DNA of 64,000 nucleotides, taken from Adineta vaga. Its lineage: Eukaryota > Animalia > Rotifera. The stretch's first letter is position 1, and each line of letters starts with the position of its first letter. Made by a program: the position numbers and the translations under genes. Of the stretch, positions 28,375 to 40,989 are shown in pieces. The stretch covers positions 7,006,001 to 7,070,000 of the forward strand of contig CP075497.1 in NCBI GenBank assembly GCA_021613535.1. Reading direction: 5' to 3'. The notes under the pieces are model-generated. The model had not been told where the DNA came from, made no database searches, and was given only the letters and a program-made list of their open reading frames with translations.

Positions 28375-30551
28375 CTTTTGATTCATAGAGCTATTAAATG
28401 TCGATGATACTTTGTTTTGTTTTTTATTACGTATAATGTAAACATATCGACATATTATATTAATAAATAAAAGATTCTGTTCATAGTTTATTTTTCTCAT
28501 TAACATGTGTTCAATTGATTCTGTCGATATTCTTAATAAAACACGTTCGTGAATGCATATGATCTATTCAGTTAGTTCGATTATAATTTCTCTGGCTTGA
28601 CTGATTGTTCATTGTCCGGATAAGAAAAACACAAGATGTTCATATATCATCAACTAAATTGTCCAATAGTTGATTCTTTCTCTCTTAGTTTACTTGATAG
28701 ATGCGTTCGATATAATTATGATGCGAGATAGACACATTGTAAGAAAGCGTTATGCTAGGCATGTCTATATATGTATGAGAACAAAGATATTTGTATAGAT
28801 GTTTATGCATACGCGCGCTCAACCTTCCAAATATATGAAGCTATTAACTCATTTTTCTTGCCCGTCTAAAAACAACATTCAAAGAAGCAATAATCATTAG
28901 ATTAGGGAAGAAAAGAACAAGCAATCGATGATACTATGTATGAGTAGTGTTTTTCTTGCTCTTTGAATGGTACAAAAAAAAAGAATGACAACATCCACTT
29001 ACCCTTGCCATTTCTTTTCATGTGGACAAGTAGAAACACAAATATTGGCATAAAAAATCGTATATAGACAAAGAAAATGTGTATAGCAAGTTCCCATTTT
29101 CAAGGTTAATGACATGCACATGCGTTTAGATGCAAATATACATTTAACAACGAATGACTATGCAGTGAAGTAACTATTCTGGTGTTGTTCTTTTTTTTCT
29201 TACACTTAAGCTTCATATTACATCACTTCGATGATATTACTCATTTTACTATAAAAAAAAAGACTATAAAGACGATGTGTGAAAGAAACGGCCAAAGGTC
29301 GTCTCGATAGTAAACTTATTGATAATGATGATCATCATAGTGAACGATCTAACTAATTGAATTTGTCCTGGATTAGTGTTCTTAAGACAGATGAATAGGA
29401 CAAAATAGATTTTTTTTCTCCTCTTCTTTTCCTATTCTTTCAATGGATATATGTATATAGATTTTTTCCTTGTATATACAACCGATAGATATATGCAAAG
29501 GAGAACGCGAGTGGGTGGAATATGAGATGGAGGGTATCACCATCTTCTATACGGCGTGAGTATACGGAAGCAGTAACCCTTGTGATTAGGATAGAAAGAA
29601 AAAAGGAGGAGGAGAAAACGAAGAAGAAAATATATGCATTTGCTTATTGTCGTTGTTGATGTACAGTACACACATATATAGACACAATGACCGATCGTAG
29701 AGTATAGTCAGTCGTACAGTCATAATATTCGATTTTGTACTATTTTAGTATACATAAATGAGCTTGATTGTGTTCATTAAATGTGCGTGTGAGAGGAAGA
29801 GAGAGAGAAGGAGGTCAATGTCATCAATAAGACTAGCAACAGTACAAAACCATTACGTCGTTGTTTCTTATCGTTCTGTTTCTTTTTCATCTCGATTTTT
29901 TTGTATTCATGAATTCAATTTTGTGAACTTCTGTCGGTGAGTTTTTTCTCCTTCACATGTAGGTGATGTAAGTATGTCGTTTATACTATACATGTACAAT
30001 CTTTCTCTTTTTGTCTGCATCTGGAAGTATACGTAGGTGAAGCATTAATATAGGCTGTCGAACGCTATAAGCATTGTCTTATCGTCTATGCAAACTGAAT
30101 GATTGCCCATTTGGTTGTTATATAGCAGCAGTTCATATCTTTCTTTTTCTGTTGTATGTAATCATATTGACTTCTATACATACGTACACATACACACACA
30201 TCTTGTATTCATTCTATTGTAAACAGCAATGTCGATCTTTTTCTTATTTGTTGATATATATTATCGTCTCCTCGATCTGACTTACGAGAGATTTTTTTCT
30301 CGTCATTCAGTTTTTTTCAAATAACGATATATCAATAATATTAATATCGAGTAGGTTTTCAAATGATGACAGATGTTATCGTTTTCGTAAAACGTTTGCC
30401 AATAATAGAAGGAAAGAAAAAAACATTACTCTTAAGATGATTCCTTTTTTTTCTGCATTCATCATCGAGATCAAATTTCCATTCTCATACAACGAAATAC
30501 TTCAGTCATTTCTTTTACATAAAAAAAGAATAAAGTTTCTTTTTTTTACAG

Positions 30552-33500
30552 ATGTCTGATGTAGCCATAAGTAATCAACTTCCACCACGTACGACAACAA
30601 GTACACGTTGGCCAAGAAAATGGTCAACATTAGGTGGACGTTGTACATCAAGCTCCACAACAGTTATCCCAACAAATGAATCTGATGCTGCGAATGAAAC
30701 TTCATCGAAGACCAATGGTCATCATCGTCATTCAGCATCATTACATCGTAAAGCATCGACAATGAGTCGAACAAATGGCGCTCCAGCAGCAGCGGATGAA
30801 ACTTCTCCTCCATCGTTAAAAAAATCTCGTTCATTAATGAATGTTTTACGTTCGAAATTAAATTCTCCCGCTGTAATTCGTCGTTTTCGTTCAAAATCAC
30901 GTGAAAATTCAAAACAAACAATTACAGAAATTAATGGACATACAACAAACGAACAACAACAACAAGAGCAACAACAAGTCAAACAAGCGAATGATGAAGA
31001 AATCGTAACATCCCGAAAATCAAGAAAACGTGATCCGTCACCGATGAGGCGTCTTGCTAATCGTATTTCACAATTAACACGACATCAAAGTGCAACAGCT
31101 TATGAACGACAAAGTAATTATTGAAAATTCTACCATGATTAACTACAGTTAGAAACATGACATAAGTTATCTTTTGTATAAATGATATTCATTATGCAAA
31201 GTCAAGCAATGAAAGCTTTCAAATGTAGATAAACTAATCTCTCGAAAGAAATACTTGACCTTCGGACAGTTTGAGATATGGCTACAATATACATATGTAC
31301 ACTCGCTTTTATCTATACATTAACAGATATGTTTAGCATACTGATTGCATAGAATCATCAAACAGATCACGAGTCATTCGTTTTGTAAAATTGAAATTCA
31401 AAGTTACTAACATGTTATGACATAAATATTGAAATAATGTAGATCGATTCTTTTTATTTTGAAAATGTATTGTATCAATCATATCTGTCCCGCAGTATTG
31501 TATTTAATTTTCATCTTTCTTTTCTTTTCCATAGAAAAATCTCCAATAAAATCATCAACAAATGATGATATAGCAAAAACGTCATCACCTATTCATAATA
31601 AAGACACAGTTGACCATATTAATGCATGTTATGACGAAATTCGTGCTAAATATTTCACTAACAACAATTTATCTAATAATGATCATCAAAGCCGTTCATT
31701 ACTGAGTAATGATCTTTCCAATAATACACAACGTATGCCTTCACCAATTCTACCAGATGATCCACTACTTCAAGCACGTAAACAAGCAAATTTAAAATTG
31801 AATTGCCTATTAAGTGGCTATACTTTAACTACACCATTTTCTACTCATGAAAAATCGTTTGGTCGCAATGATTTATTCAAGTTTAATCATTATTATGATG
31901 TTGGAAAAAGAAAATATGACTGGAATTCGACTAATGCAAATAATCAATTATTTTCGAATACGAGAGCAAGACCATTTAGCAAAAGTATTGATAGTTTTAG
32001 ACCTCCGAATGTTAATGGTACGTAAAACGAAGAGAAGAAAACGATATTTGTTAGATTTATTTCTTCTGTTTTGTAGAGGATGAAGTACCAATCACATTGG
32101 AAAAAATGAATATTGCCGATAATGATCGATTAGGTAATTTTATTCGTATAATAACTAGAGTATAACAGCTTTATTGTATATGTATAAAATATGTTAAATT
32201 CTCGTTTGAAGCAAATCACCCGATGACAAGGACATGTCCAAAAGAGAAAGGGAAATTTTTTTTATGAATAAGAAAGAGAGTGAAGAGAATTTCAATTCAA
32301 TCAGTTTCATGGGTCAACAGTTAGTTTTACTCTCCCACTGAGAATATTTGATTGATCAATGCATGACTTTCGATATTGTTAATTATGACCAATGTTTCTT
32401 TCATAAACCGGAAAAGGAATTTATTTCGATGTAACGGATTTTTTCACGTCAATAGTCTTTACCTCCCACTTATAAATACTTAGAACAGTAATTAACTTCA
32501 TTGAATGTTACTAATCAGACTCGTTAGAGAATTTATGTAGCTATTATTTCTAATAGTTTTGTTATGTAATCTCATCCATCAATATCTCATTTAGTTCGCA
32601 CAGAAAATCATCAAGAAGACGTTCCAAAAGTATTACCTGATGACAATGAAGTTGTCATCCAGAAAGACATCGTTCTCAATAAATCAGAACCAAATTCATC
32701 AAACATTCATGTAACACCATCTGTTCCTGTAGATAATAACACATTTGTTACAACGACAACAACAACAATTTCAACTGATTCAAATGAGGATAACATTGTT
32801 CCGAATGAGAAGAGTATTGGAGATCGTGATGAAGAATTTGAACAGAATTTTCTACGTGCAGTTGATCGAGCGCTTGGTGTAGTGAATAAAGATGAAAGAA
32901 ATTTGATAGAATCTTCAGTAGATGATTTACCAAAAGCTGAAAATCAATCATCACTTAATCTTATGGAAATGACGGAACGAGCACTTTCGTCAGTTAATAA
33001 TTTACCGGATATTCTGGTAAGCAACAAAAACAAATAGTATTTGTTAATATAACAAATTGAAAATCCTTTTTTGTAGAATGACAATTCAAATGATGATAAG
33101 AAAAGTAAATAATTGAAAATGTTCCAACTTTTATTTTTTTCAACTGTTATATTTAGAGTTTCATAATGATAATGTACACTCGATAAGTTCGGAAGAAGTT
33201 CATCGTAAGGATATATCTGTGAGTGATGAACAACCATTGATTATTACTGAAGAAAAACACGATGAATCAGCTAAAACTGAACAATCGTCAATTGTCATTG
33301 AAGAAAAATATGAAGAACCCATTAGTATTGCTCAATCACCAATTATTGCCCAAGATAAACACGAGGAACCGATGAAAACCAATCAGTTGTTAGCTTCAGC
33401 GGAGGAAAAGCACGATGAGCCCATTAGTATAGAACAATCACCAATTATTATTGAAGAAAAACACGAGGAATCGATCGATGCTGAACAATTATCGACTAAT

Positions 33501-36101
33501 ATCGACGAAAAACACAATGATTCGACTAATTCTGAACAACCACCGATTATCGTGAAAGAACAACATGATGAACCCGATATTATCGAAGAAAAGCATGCTG
33601 AAATGACTGATACTGATCACGTGTTGATATCTACTGAAGAAAAGCACAATAATCAGGCTGATGTTGAACAATCACCGATGATTACTGAAGAAAAACATGA
33701 TGAACCAACTGACGCTGATCAAGTAACAATTTCTACCGAAGAAAACCACGATGAGTTTATTAATAATGAGCAACCAGCGATTGTTACCGGAGAAAAGCAA
33801 GAACAGGCTATCAATACTGAGCCATCACCAACTATTATTGAAGAAAAGCATGATGAACCGACTAACGCTGATCAAGTAACAATTTCTACCGAAGAAAGTC
33901 ATGATGAGTTTATTAATAATGAACAACCAGCGATTGTTACCGAAGAAAAGCAAGAACAGGCTATCAATACTGAGCCATCACCAACTATTATTGAAGAAAA
34001 GCATGATGAACCGACTAATATTCAGCAACCATCGATTACCACGGAAGAAAAACATGCCGAATCGACAAATAATAATGTAAATGAAGAAGATATTGTCTCG
34101 GTTATTGAAGATTTAGTACAGAAAACGGAAGGACTATTGGTCGAAGAAAGCAAGGTAAGCTCAATAGCTGACTAACATTATGATAATCAAATGTTCACAC
34201 TTCGATCAACATCGTTGTTTGCACGTTTACATTTATGGTGATGGACTATTTTTCTTCTTTCTTTCTTTGCATGATGATCAATTTTTCTATCAGTATTTTG
34301 TATCTTCTTTCTTTTATTAGAGTATTGTTTGTGTGAATATCAGTTCAATTTTTGTTGTTGTGGTTTTTTTTCGAATAGGGTATTCTTGAACTAACCAACG
34401 CAAAATAGATCCTATTCACACAAATAATTATCATCAATTGCTTTGCCGTTTTGTTTTTTTGAGTTAACCGTTTACTAATAAAAAAAAATGATGAAGAATG
34501 TAAAGAATGGGATTATTGGTGACCTTTATCATTATAATTGACCTTTATTGTTACTATTGATAGAAAGAAAGTTCTAAACTAAAATGACTTTTGATCTATT
34601 TTTTATCTGAAATGAGTGTCAGTTTTATCAATGCATCTCTATGATTTGGTTCATTTTTCAAGTTATCAAGGGAATATAGATTTCTCTAAAGACTGAATAT
34701 ATTAATCTTTTTTCTTATATGTAAAGATGAAAAAAGAAACTTTTTTTCATTCGTTCGTTTTGGTTTGATGATGCGAAGCCTGTTCGGATGTAGATATAAA
34801 TGCAGAGTGATAATGGTGACTCACATAGTCTTTTATCGTTTTTTTCTTCTTCTCTTTCTTTTCTTTTTATTTCTTAAATCGAAGGACGCACGCACGTTAA
34901 CTGTCGACCGAACCTAACTAGCTCTTTCGAGAGCGCTGAACTACATAACAATTTCGATTCGAACCACGTCGTCACTCGTCATCATCTCTCTTTTTTTCTT
35001 CTCTTTCTCTCTTTCTCCCTCTCTCTCTCTCTCACGCGTTCATTCCATCACACGACAATCATTACGACTTTCTTCTCATCAGTCACTATTGCACGTTTGT
35101 CTCTCTCGTTCATAGAATGGTAAGCACTAAACAAGTTTCCTGTTCTTTTGTATACCTATATATTCACATTATTTTCCTATTGAAAACGTGTTCAATTGAT
35201 CAATTTATTTGTATATAAAGTTGTCTGGATCATTCGATCTGAATTCTTTTTTCTTTCTCATAAATTTACGTTTGCAACATGTCCAGAGCAGGAACAACAA
35301 GGGTGTGTGTATGAGCGTGTGCAAATTGAATTTCCCCTTTATATTAATTGATTATTTTTGAAAAATTTCCTTTATTTTACAGAATGGTCAAACATTCTTG
35401 GCTAAATTGGATGATGAAGAAAAGACAATCAAATCAAAAGCAGATTCTTACAATAATTTACTTGGTCAAGATGATAATCGTTTGAGTGAAGATGGTAAAC
35501 TAAAATCAAAATTTCATTTTTATTCAAATGATTTCTTTCAATTTAGTTCATACTGATATCAATGCTGTTATTGGCGAAGTTAATTTATTATTACGAGGTA
35601 AACTAAAACAATTTCGAAGTCTATGTGAAGCAAATGTGGTATGATTATATATTAAATCGTTTTTTTTTGTAATAATATTTTGTTTTCTAAGACAAAATCA
35701 ACTTCAGGTGAACCAATACCACTTGATAGTGATTTGGAAGGTTTCTGGGATATAACATATCCATTAATTGATAAAGTTAAAGAAAAATTTACTAAACTTG
35801 ATACACGAAAAGCGAAACAATGGGCTCCAATTGAAGAATATGATCCTAATGATAGTATGTAATCGTATGATTATTTTTAAAAAAAGAACCAAATTCTTTA
35901 TGAAATGTTTTAGTTAATAATCGACCACGTGTAATCGATGATCGTCTTAAACTTCAACCTCAACAAAATAAATCATCAAAAATTCCTCTAATAAAATCAG
36001 CTAATGTTGATTTAAAAAGATTAATTCAAGAACGACGAAAAGCAGCTGCTAATTCTGCAAATCAAAATCATGATATTGAAATATTTGTTGCACCAAAATA
36101 A
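30552..36101 (+). CDS. GKAP-homology domain protein (DLGAP/SAPAP family-like) with long disordered N-terminus and acidic repeat array
   Basis: Phase-compatible exons link 30552 to the last exons. These encode NGQTFLAKL...INAVIGEVNLLLRGKLKQFRSLCE...DLEGFWDITYPLIDKVKEKFTKL...W, the GKAP/GH1 domain pattern, and end IEIFVAPK with TAA 36099-36101. Confidence 0.8.
33246..34065 (+). repeat. Coding tandem repeat, about 51-bp (17-aa) unit EEKHDEPxxxEQxxIxx, including a near-exact 153-bp higher-order duplication
   Basis: Repeats are visible in the translation of ORF 33219-34175. Higher-order units start at 33687, 33840 and 33993 (spacing 153). Confidence 0.9.
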
Positions 36102-37142
36102 AACATTACAAATTCAATTGACAATTGTCGCATTCATTTCTTCTGTGCAATATTTCTTTCGCGTATCAACATCTCGAAGAAAAAAACCAAACAATAATTT
36201 TACTCATGCGTGTTCGTGTGTGTGTGTGTGTTTGTCTTTTTTTATTTTTCTATTTGTTCGAAAAACAATGAAAATAAAAAAAAAACTCTTATTCGATATA
36301 TATATATAACTAATATTACATCAAATTTTTCTTTTACCTATACAGAAATACTATTGACATGATGGAAGGATGAGTTCTTTTTTTTGTTTAGTTATCATTA
36401 TTCTTCCATCGATCAAACAGCTCTGTAGATTAATTATTCATGTCTAAGGTATAAATATATCTACCAACATCTGGGATGGTCCTGGTGTGTATATTTTTGA
36501 CAAATAATAAGCTTCATTATTTGATAGTTTTTATCTTTGAGAAGAACAATCGTTACAAGAGAGAATGTTTATTATTGTCGTTGTAGATCTATTTTTCAAA
36601 TATTGGAGATTGTGGATATGTATATAGTTTTCGATTGATAAATAAACAATAGCGATAGAAGACAATATCTCTATTCTTTATTAGAATAACTTGCATAGAA
36701 CGAATGAATAATTATTTGAGGAGCATTGTTTGGATTAGTTAACGGATATTCTATTCGGATACGAGAACGAGTACAGTTGTTTCTTCTTGTGCAAAGAAGT
36801 GTAGGTTAATAACGGATCAGAAATAGACCTATCAAGTATTCAATTTGGATTAACCATGAACATTCAATGGATTATTTTTATTATATTTCATCAGGTAAAT
36901 GTTAAACTTTTACTCTTATTTTGTAGAGTAGATCATTGAAAGATTAAAAAAAATTCATAGTTATGTAAATTCTCTCATTAATATCTAATAATCAAAGAGT
37001 AAATTGTTTATATCTTATATCATTGATAGTTTCCATATCTAATATGATGTAGTAATCATATGAGTTCAACTGATATACGTATTTATCCCAAAGGCTGTAA
37101 TGATATACAAATCTGATAATTATTATTGTTTACATATTGTAG

Positions 37143-39015
37143 GAAACAAGAACTATAATTGCTTCTAATGGATACAAACCTCAAGTGGGTAGTATGCACG
37201 TTATCATGGATTGTTATAATAAATCTTGTTTTTCTTTTCGACTAGACAAATTCTATGTGCCCATGTGAAAAAGTATGATTGATTGAAGAGATTGAAGAGT
37301 AAAAGGAATTGTTATGGAACTTCAAATTTAGGGAGCACGTGGTGAAAAAGGTTATGCGGGTGATTGTTCAACAGGTTAGAAAATTTTATTATGACTGAGT
37401 TAATTTTGTAAAGAAAATACTTCTATACAGATTGTATCTATCGGTATAATGTGTATGCAAGAGATTGCCTTTCTTCTCGAATCAATTTGGAACGTTTAGC
37501 TTTGTCTATTCGTCAATTAATAACTGATACAAAAGTAGAAACACTTTTTACTCTCCACAATGATAAAATAATGAATTCAAACTTTATTTTCTAAAGATTG
37601 TCTATCAAAAAGCTCGTATAAGACCGTGTGTTTGTCCAACAGTAGTACCACATTCATCTACAACATCAAATACATATCGTCTTGATTATAATATGGTATA
37701 AATAGTTGGGAATGTTTTTTTTTAATATCTTTCTTTTTAGTACACACGATTGAAAGGAGATAAAGGTGATGCAGGTCAATCTTGTCCAGCCAATTGTATG
37801 CAATCAACACAGGTTTTGATTCCATTTTGTTTATATTAACAGAATGACGATGACTTTTCTTAGCAGACAAATGTGCGAGTGTTTCCATCGGTAGAAATGG
37901 CGATGGAGAAATTGTTCACCTATTCTGATCATACATACGTACACATTGTTGATCAATATGGATATTTACAAAATGTCTTCATTCGAGTTCAAGGACGACT
38001 CGTACCGTTGATATTAGGAAATAGAGTAAAACACTTTTACAGCATTTGATTTCATGAAGTTTCCCGTGTTGTAGGATACACTTTCTAATCGTGATCAAAA
38101 ACTGACTACGCCGAAACAAGTAAGATCGTTCTTTTTTATTCAATAACATTATTAATTTTCTGAGAATCGAATTTTTCTCTTGTTTCATAGAAATGCAACT
38201 TTGCATTGTCATGTTCAACAGTAAGATTTGGAATTCTTTTACTAGTTCTAGTTATTAATTGAATCTCTTTTTTTTATTAGCTACATATTTTTGCATTGGG
38301 CCCATATACGCGTAAAATGTGTAGTCTAAAACGACCGACAGTGTGTTCGAAATTATCAGAATTCGATGATTTATGTAGCCGTGTCTCTGAACGACATCGT
38401 TTGAAAGGTTTTTATCGAGCATTTATGTCAACCAGTACACAATGGTTAGCAAGTTTATTTGATGGTGTATGTTTAAATGCGAAAATTATCAATATGCAAG
38501 TGAGTTATTATGCAAATTTCTTTCATTGTGTATCAAAACGGTGTTTGTTTCAAGGAACAAGTTTTGTTCAATTCATTTGAAGAAATATTTGAGCAAAAAC
38601 CACCACATAATGAAATTTTAGATGTACAAGGATTGAAACCAGAGTAAGTTCTATCGCATTTTGGAAACATTCAATTAAATGAATCAATTCAATTGGCTAA
38701 TTAATATTTTTTGTTCTTTTTTTTCAAGATTTCAATATTGGTGGCATGGTAGTCTCCCAAATGGTACTGCTTCGAGTGATACTTGTAATTATGTGCATTA
38801 CTTATCTGTAGTCTAAAGTTCTCTGATATTTATTTTGAGGTCTCGACTGGAGTCGACAAGATTCCAGTTTATCTGGTATTGCAAGCCGTTTGCCTGATAG
38901 TAAAACTGGATTATTTCATTATCAATATCTATGGCCCTGTTCTCTAAGCGATTCAAATATGGGAATTTTATGTATTGAAACAAATTGTAATGAACGAAAT
39001 TATCATAAACACTAA
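37143..39015 (+). CDS. Collagen XV/XVIII (multiplexin)-like protein: very short Gly-X-Y runs, trimerization domain, endostatin domain; 5' end unresolved (possible ATG at 36856)
   Basis: Spliced exons give GARGEKGYAGDC and KGDKGDAGQSC, a trimerization-like segment VRVFPSVEMAM...VFIRVQGRLVPLILG, and endostatin-like LHIFALG...FYRAFMS...IINMQEQVLFNSFEEIF...WWHGSLPNG...CLDW...ILCIE. Stop TAA at 39013-39015. Confidence 0.8.
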
Positions 39016-40989
39016 AAACGATTTGTACCAAGACGAAAATGATTAATTAAACGAAATTGTGGCTGTATACTGTCAAATTGTCTTCTTTGATTAGGATAGA
39101 ACATTGGTGCTGCTGAACGTACGGATGCTAAAAAGACAGGTGGCGAACGAAAGGCAACAAAATGTCTTTGAACAATAGGTGGTGGTTGTATTGGTGAAAA
39201 GAATTGAAATTGATTCGTTGTACTACGACTTCGTTGTTGATTATGATGAAGATTTCGACATTCCGATTTTGTTCGATGAACACGTGGTTGTTGTTGTTGA
39301 ACATTATTGGGATAGATATGATTTTCTGTTATTGTTGTTGGTTGATTCGGTTTACGACGTTGAGAACGTCGAAATTTTGAAGGAGATGGAGGTGGTGGTG
39401 GTTGTAAATCTTTTTGATGTGATTGAGCAAATTTAGCAGGATTAATTGGGCGAAAAAAAGGATCAGTTACATTTTGAAAACGTAGTGGTGTTGCACAAGG
39501 AGGAGGATAATTTTCATTCACTGGTGGTACATATGAACGTGAGCGATGTTTAGGATAACCATTTTGATTGTGTCTCTGAATAAAAGAAAAGAATTAATTT
39601 TAAATGAAAAGTTTATATATACCCATTGAACATTGGGATTTGCTGCTGAGGGTGGCGGCGGCGGCGGTTGTGGTGGTGGTGGTTGTGATGGTGCGAAACT
39701 AAATTCATTTTTCATCCGAAGATCATGTTCAGTAGAAAATCTATGTTGAAATCGAGATAGAGGTGGTGTTATTGTAGGTGGATATTGCCGAGTAAAACTT
39801 GGTACATCAAATAATCGTGTAGATTTCGATTCTTCTCGAATATCAGTTGGTTGACGACGATATTTCATTTTATTTCGATGACGTCGATTTGAACGTGAAG
39901 TTGATACAGATGATATATGTGATGGTGGTGGAGAAACATATTTATTATGATGATGATGGTGATAATGATATTGATGTGGAGATTCAAAACTAGGTGGCGG
40001 AGAACGATCTTCAAATTTCTCAGGAGATGAAGAATTTAATTCTGGTGAAGTTAATGGACTAGCAACAGATGAAGATGCTGCTTTTCTTGATTCAATATTT
40101 GCATTATAAGCTTGTTGTTGATAAATTTTTGGTTCTTCATCGGGTTCTTCAACAACAACCACTCTAAAATAGAAATATGTACATAACAATATCAATCGAT
40201 CTTTTTCTCTCGGATTTTTATCCAAAAAATAGTTCAATCTTTTTTCTCACTAGATATCATGATAAAGCTTACCCAGATTTTTTGCTATCTGAACTATTAC
40301 TCTCAGTAATATTACTACTCTCTCCAGATGAACGATTGTTAAATGTTTTTTCGAAATTTTGCCGAAGATTTCGAACAAATTTATTTAATTCAGTTTCATT
40401 ACTAAATTCTTGTTCGACAAATACACGTTGTTGATCACCATTAGGTCCAATATGAACTTTAGTTAATTGAATCTAAAAGAAAATATTCAAAAACAATCGA
40501 ATACGTTTTATTTTTTTTCTTTCTTACAGTCAATCGATCATCATTAGTTATGATTGGATCAGTCATAAAATATGACGTTGATTTATCTTGAAAATGAAAG
40601 GCTGGTGTTTGACGACGTTGTTGCTGCTGCTGCTGTTGTTGTTGTTGAACTCGAGTCATATTTTGTCTCCATCGTTGTTGATCTAAGTTCTGATTCGTAT
40701 AATCATAAGGTGGATAGGTGCCTGTAGGCATCGATGTAAATCCATGATGCATTGTATTATGATCGAATTCATGAGTATAGTTTAAATTATGTGTACTTTG
40801 ATTAGGTGCAGCAGGTGCTGTTGAACGATAATAAAATGGATGATTTGGTATGAAAAAATTTGCTGAAGCACGATTGTTCGGATAGAATGGTTGTGTCTGA
40901 GGATGTGGCTGCGATGAAGGATTTGATTGTTGAGGACGAGGCTGTTGAGAATGAGTTTGTGGATGAGGATAATATGGTTGATGAAACAT
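39012..40989 (-). CDS. Uncharacterised Pro/Gln/Ser/His-rich low-complexity protein, 4 exons
   Basis: ORFs 40459-40989, 39518-40237 and 39012-39521 plus an exon IQLTKVHIGPNGDQQRVFVEQEF...KSG join through phase-compatible GT-AG introns. Contains polyQ, polyH and polyP tracts. Stop TAG at 39012-39014. Confidence 0.7.

Noticed and set aside
33246-34065. Repeat array as a CRISPR-like or mobile element
   Set aside because: The repeats are in-frame, degenerate coding units with no unique spacers or terminal inverted repeats.
39179-39436. Val-rich plus-strand ORF (and similar shadow ORFs such as 57499-58008)
   Set aside because: These are antisense shadows of low-complexity coding exons on the opposite strand.
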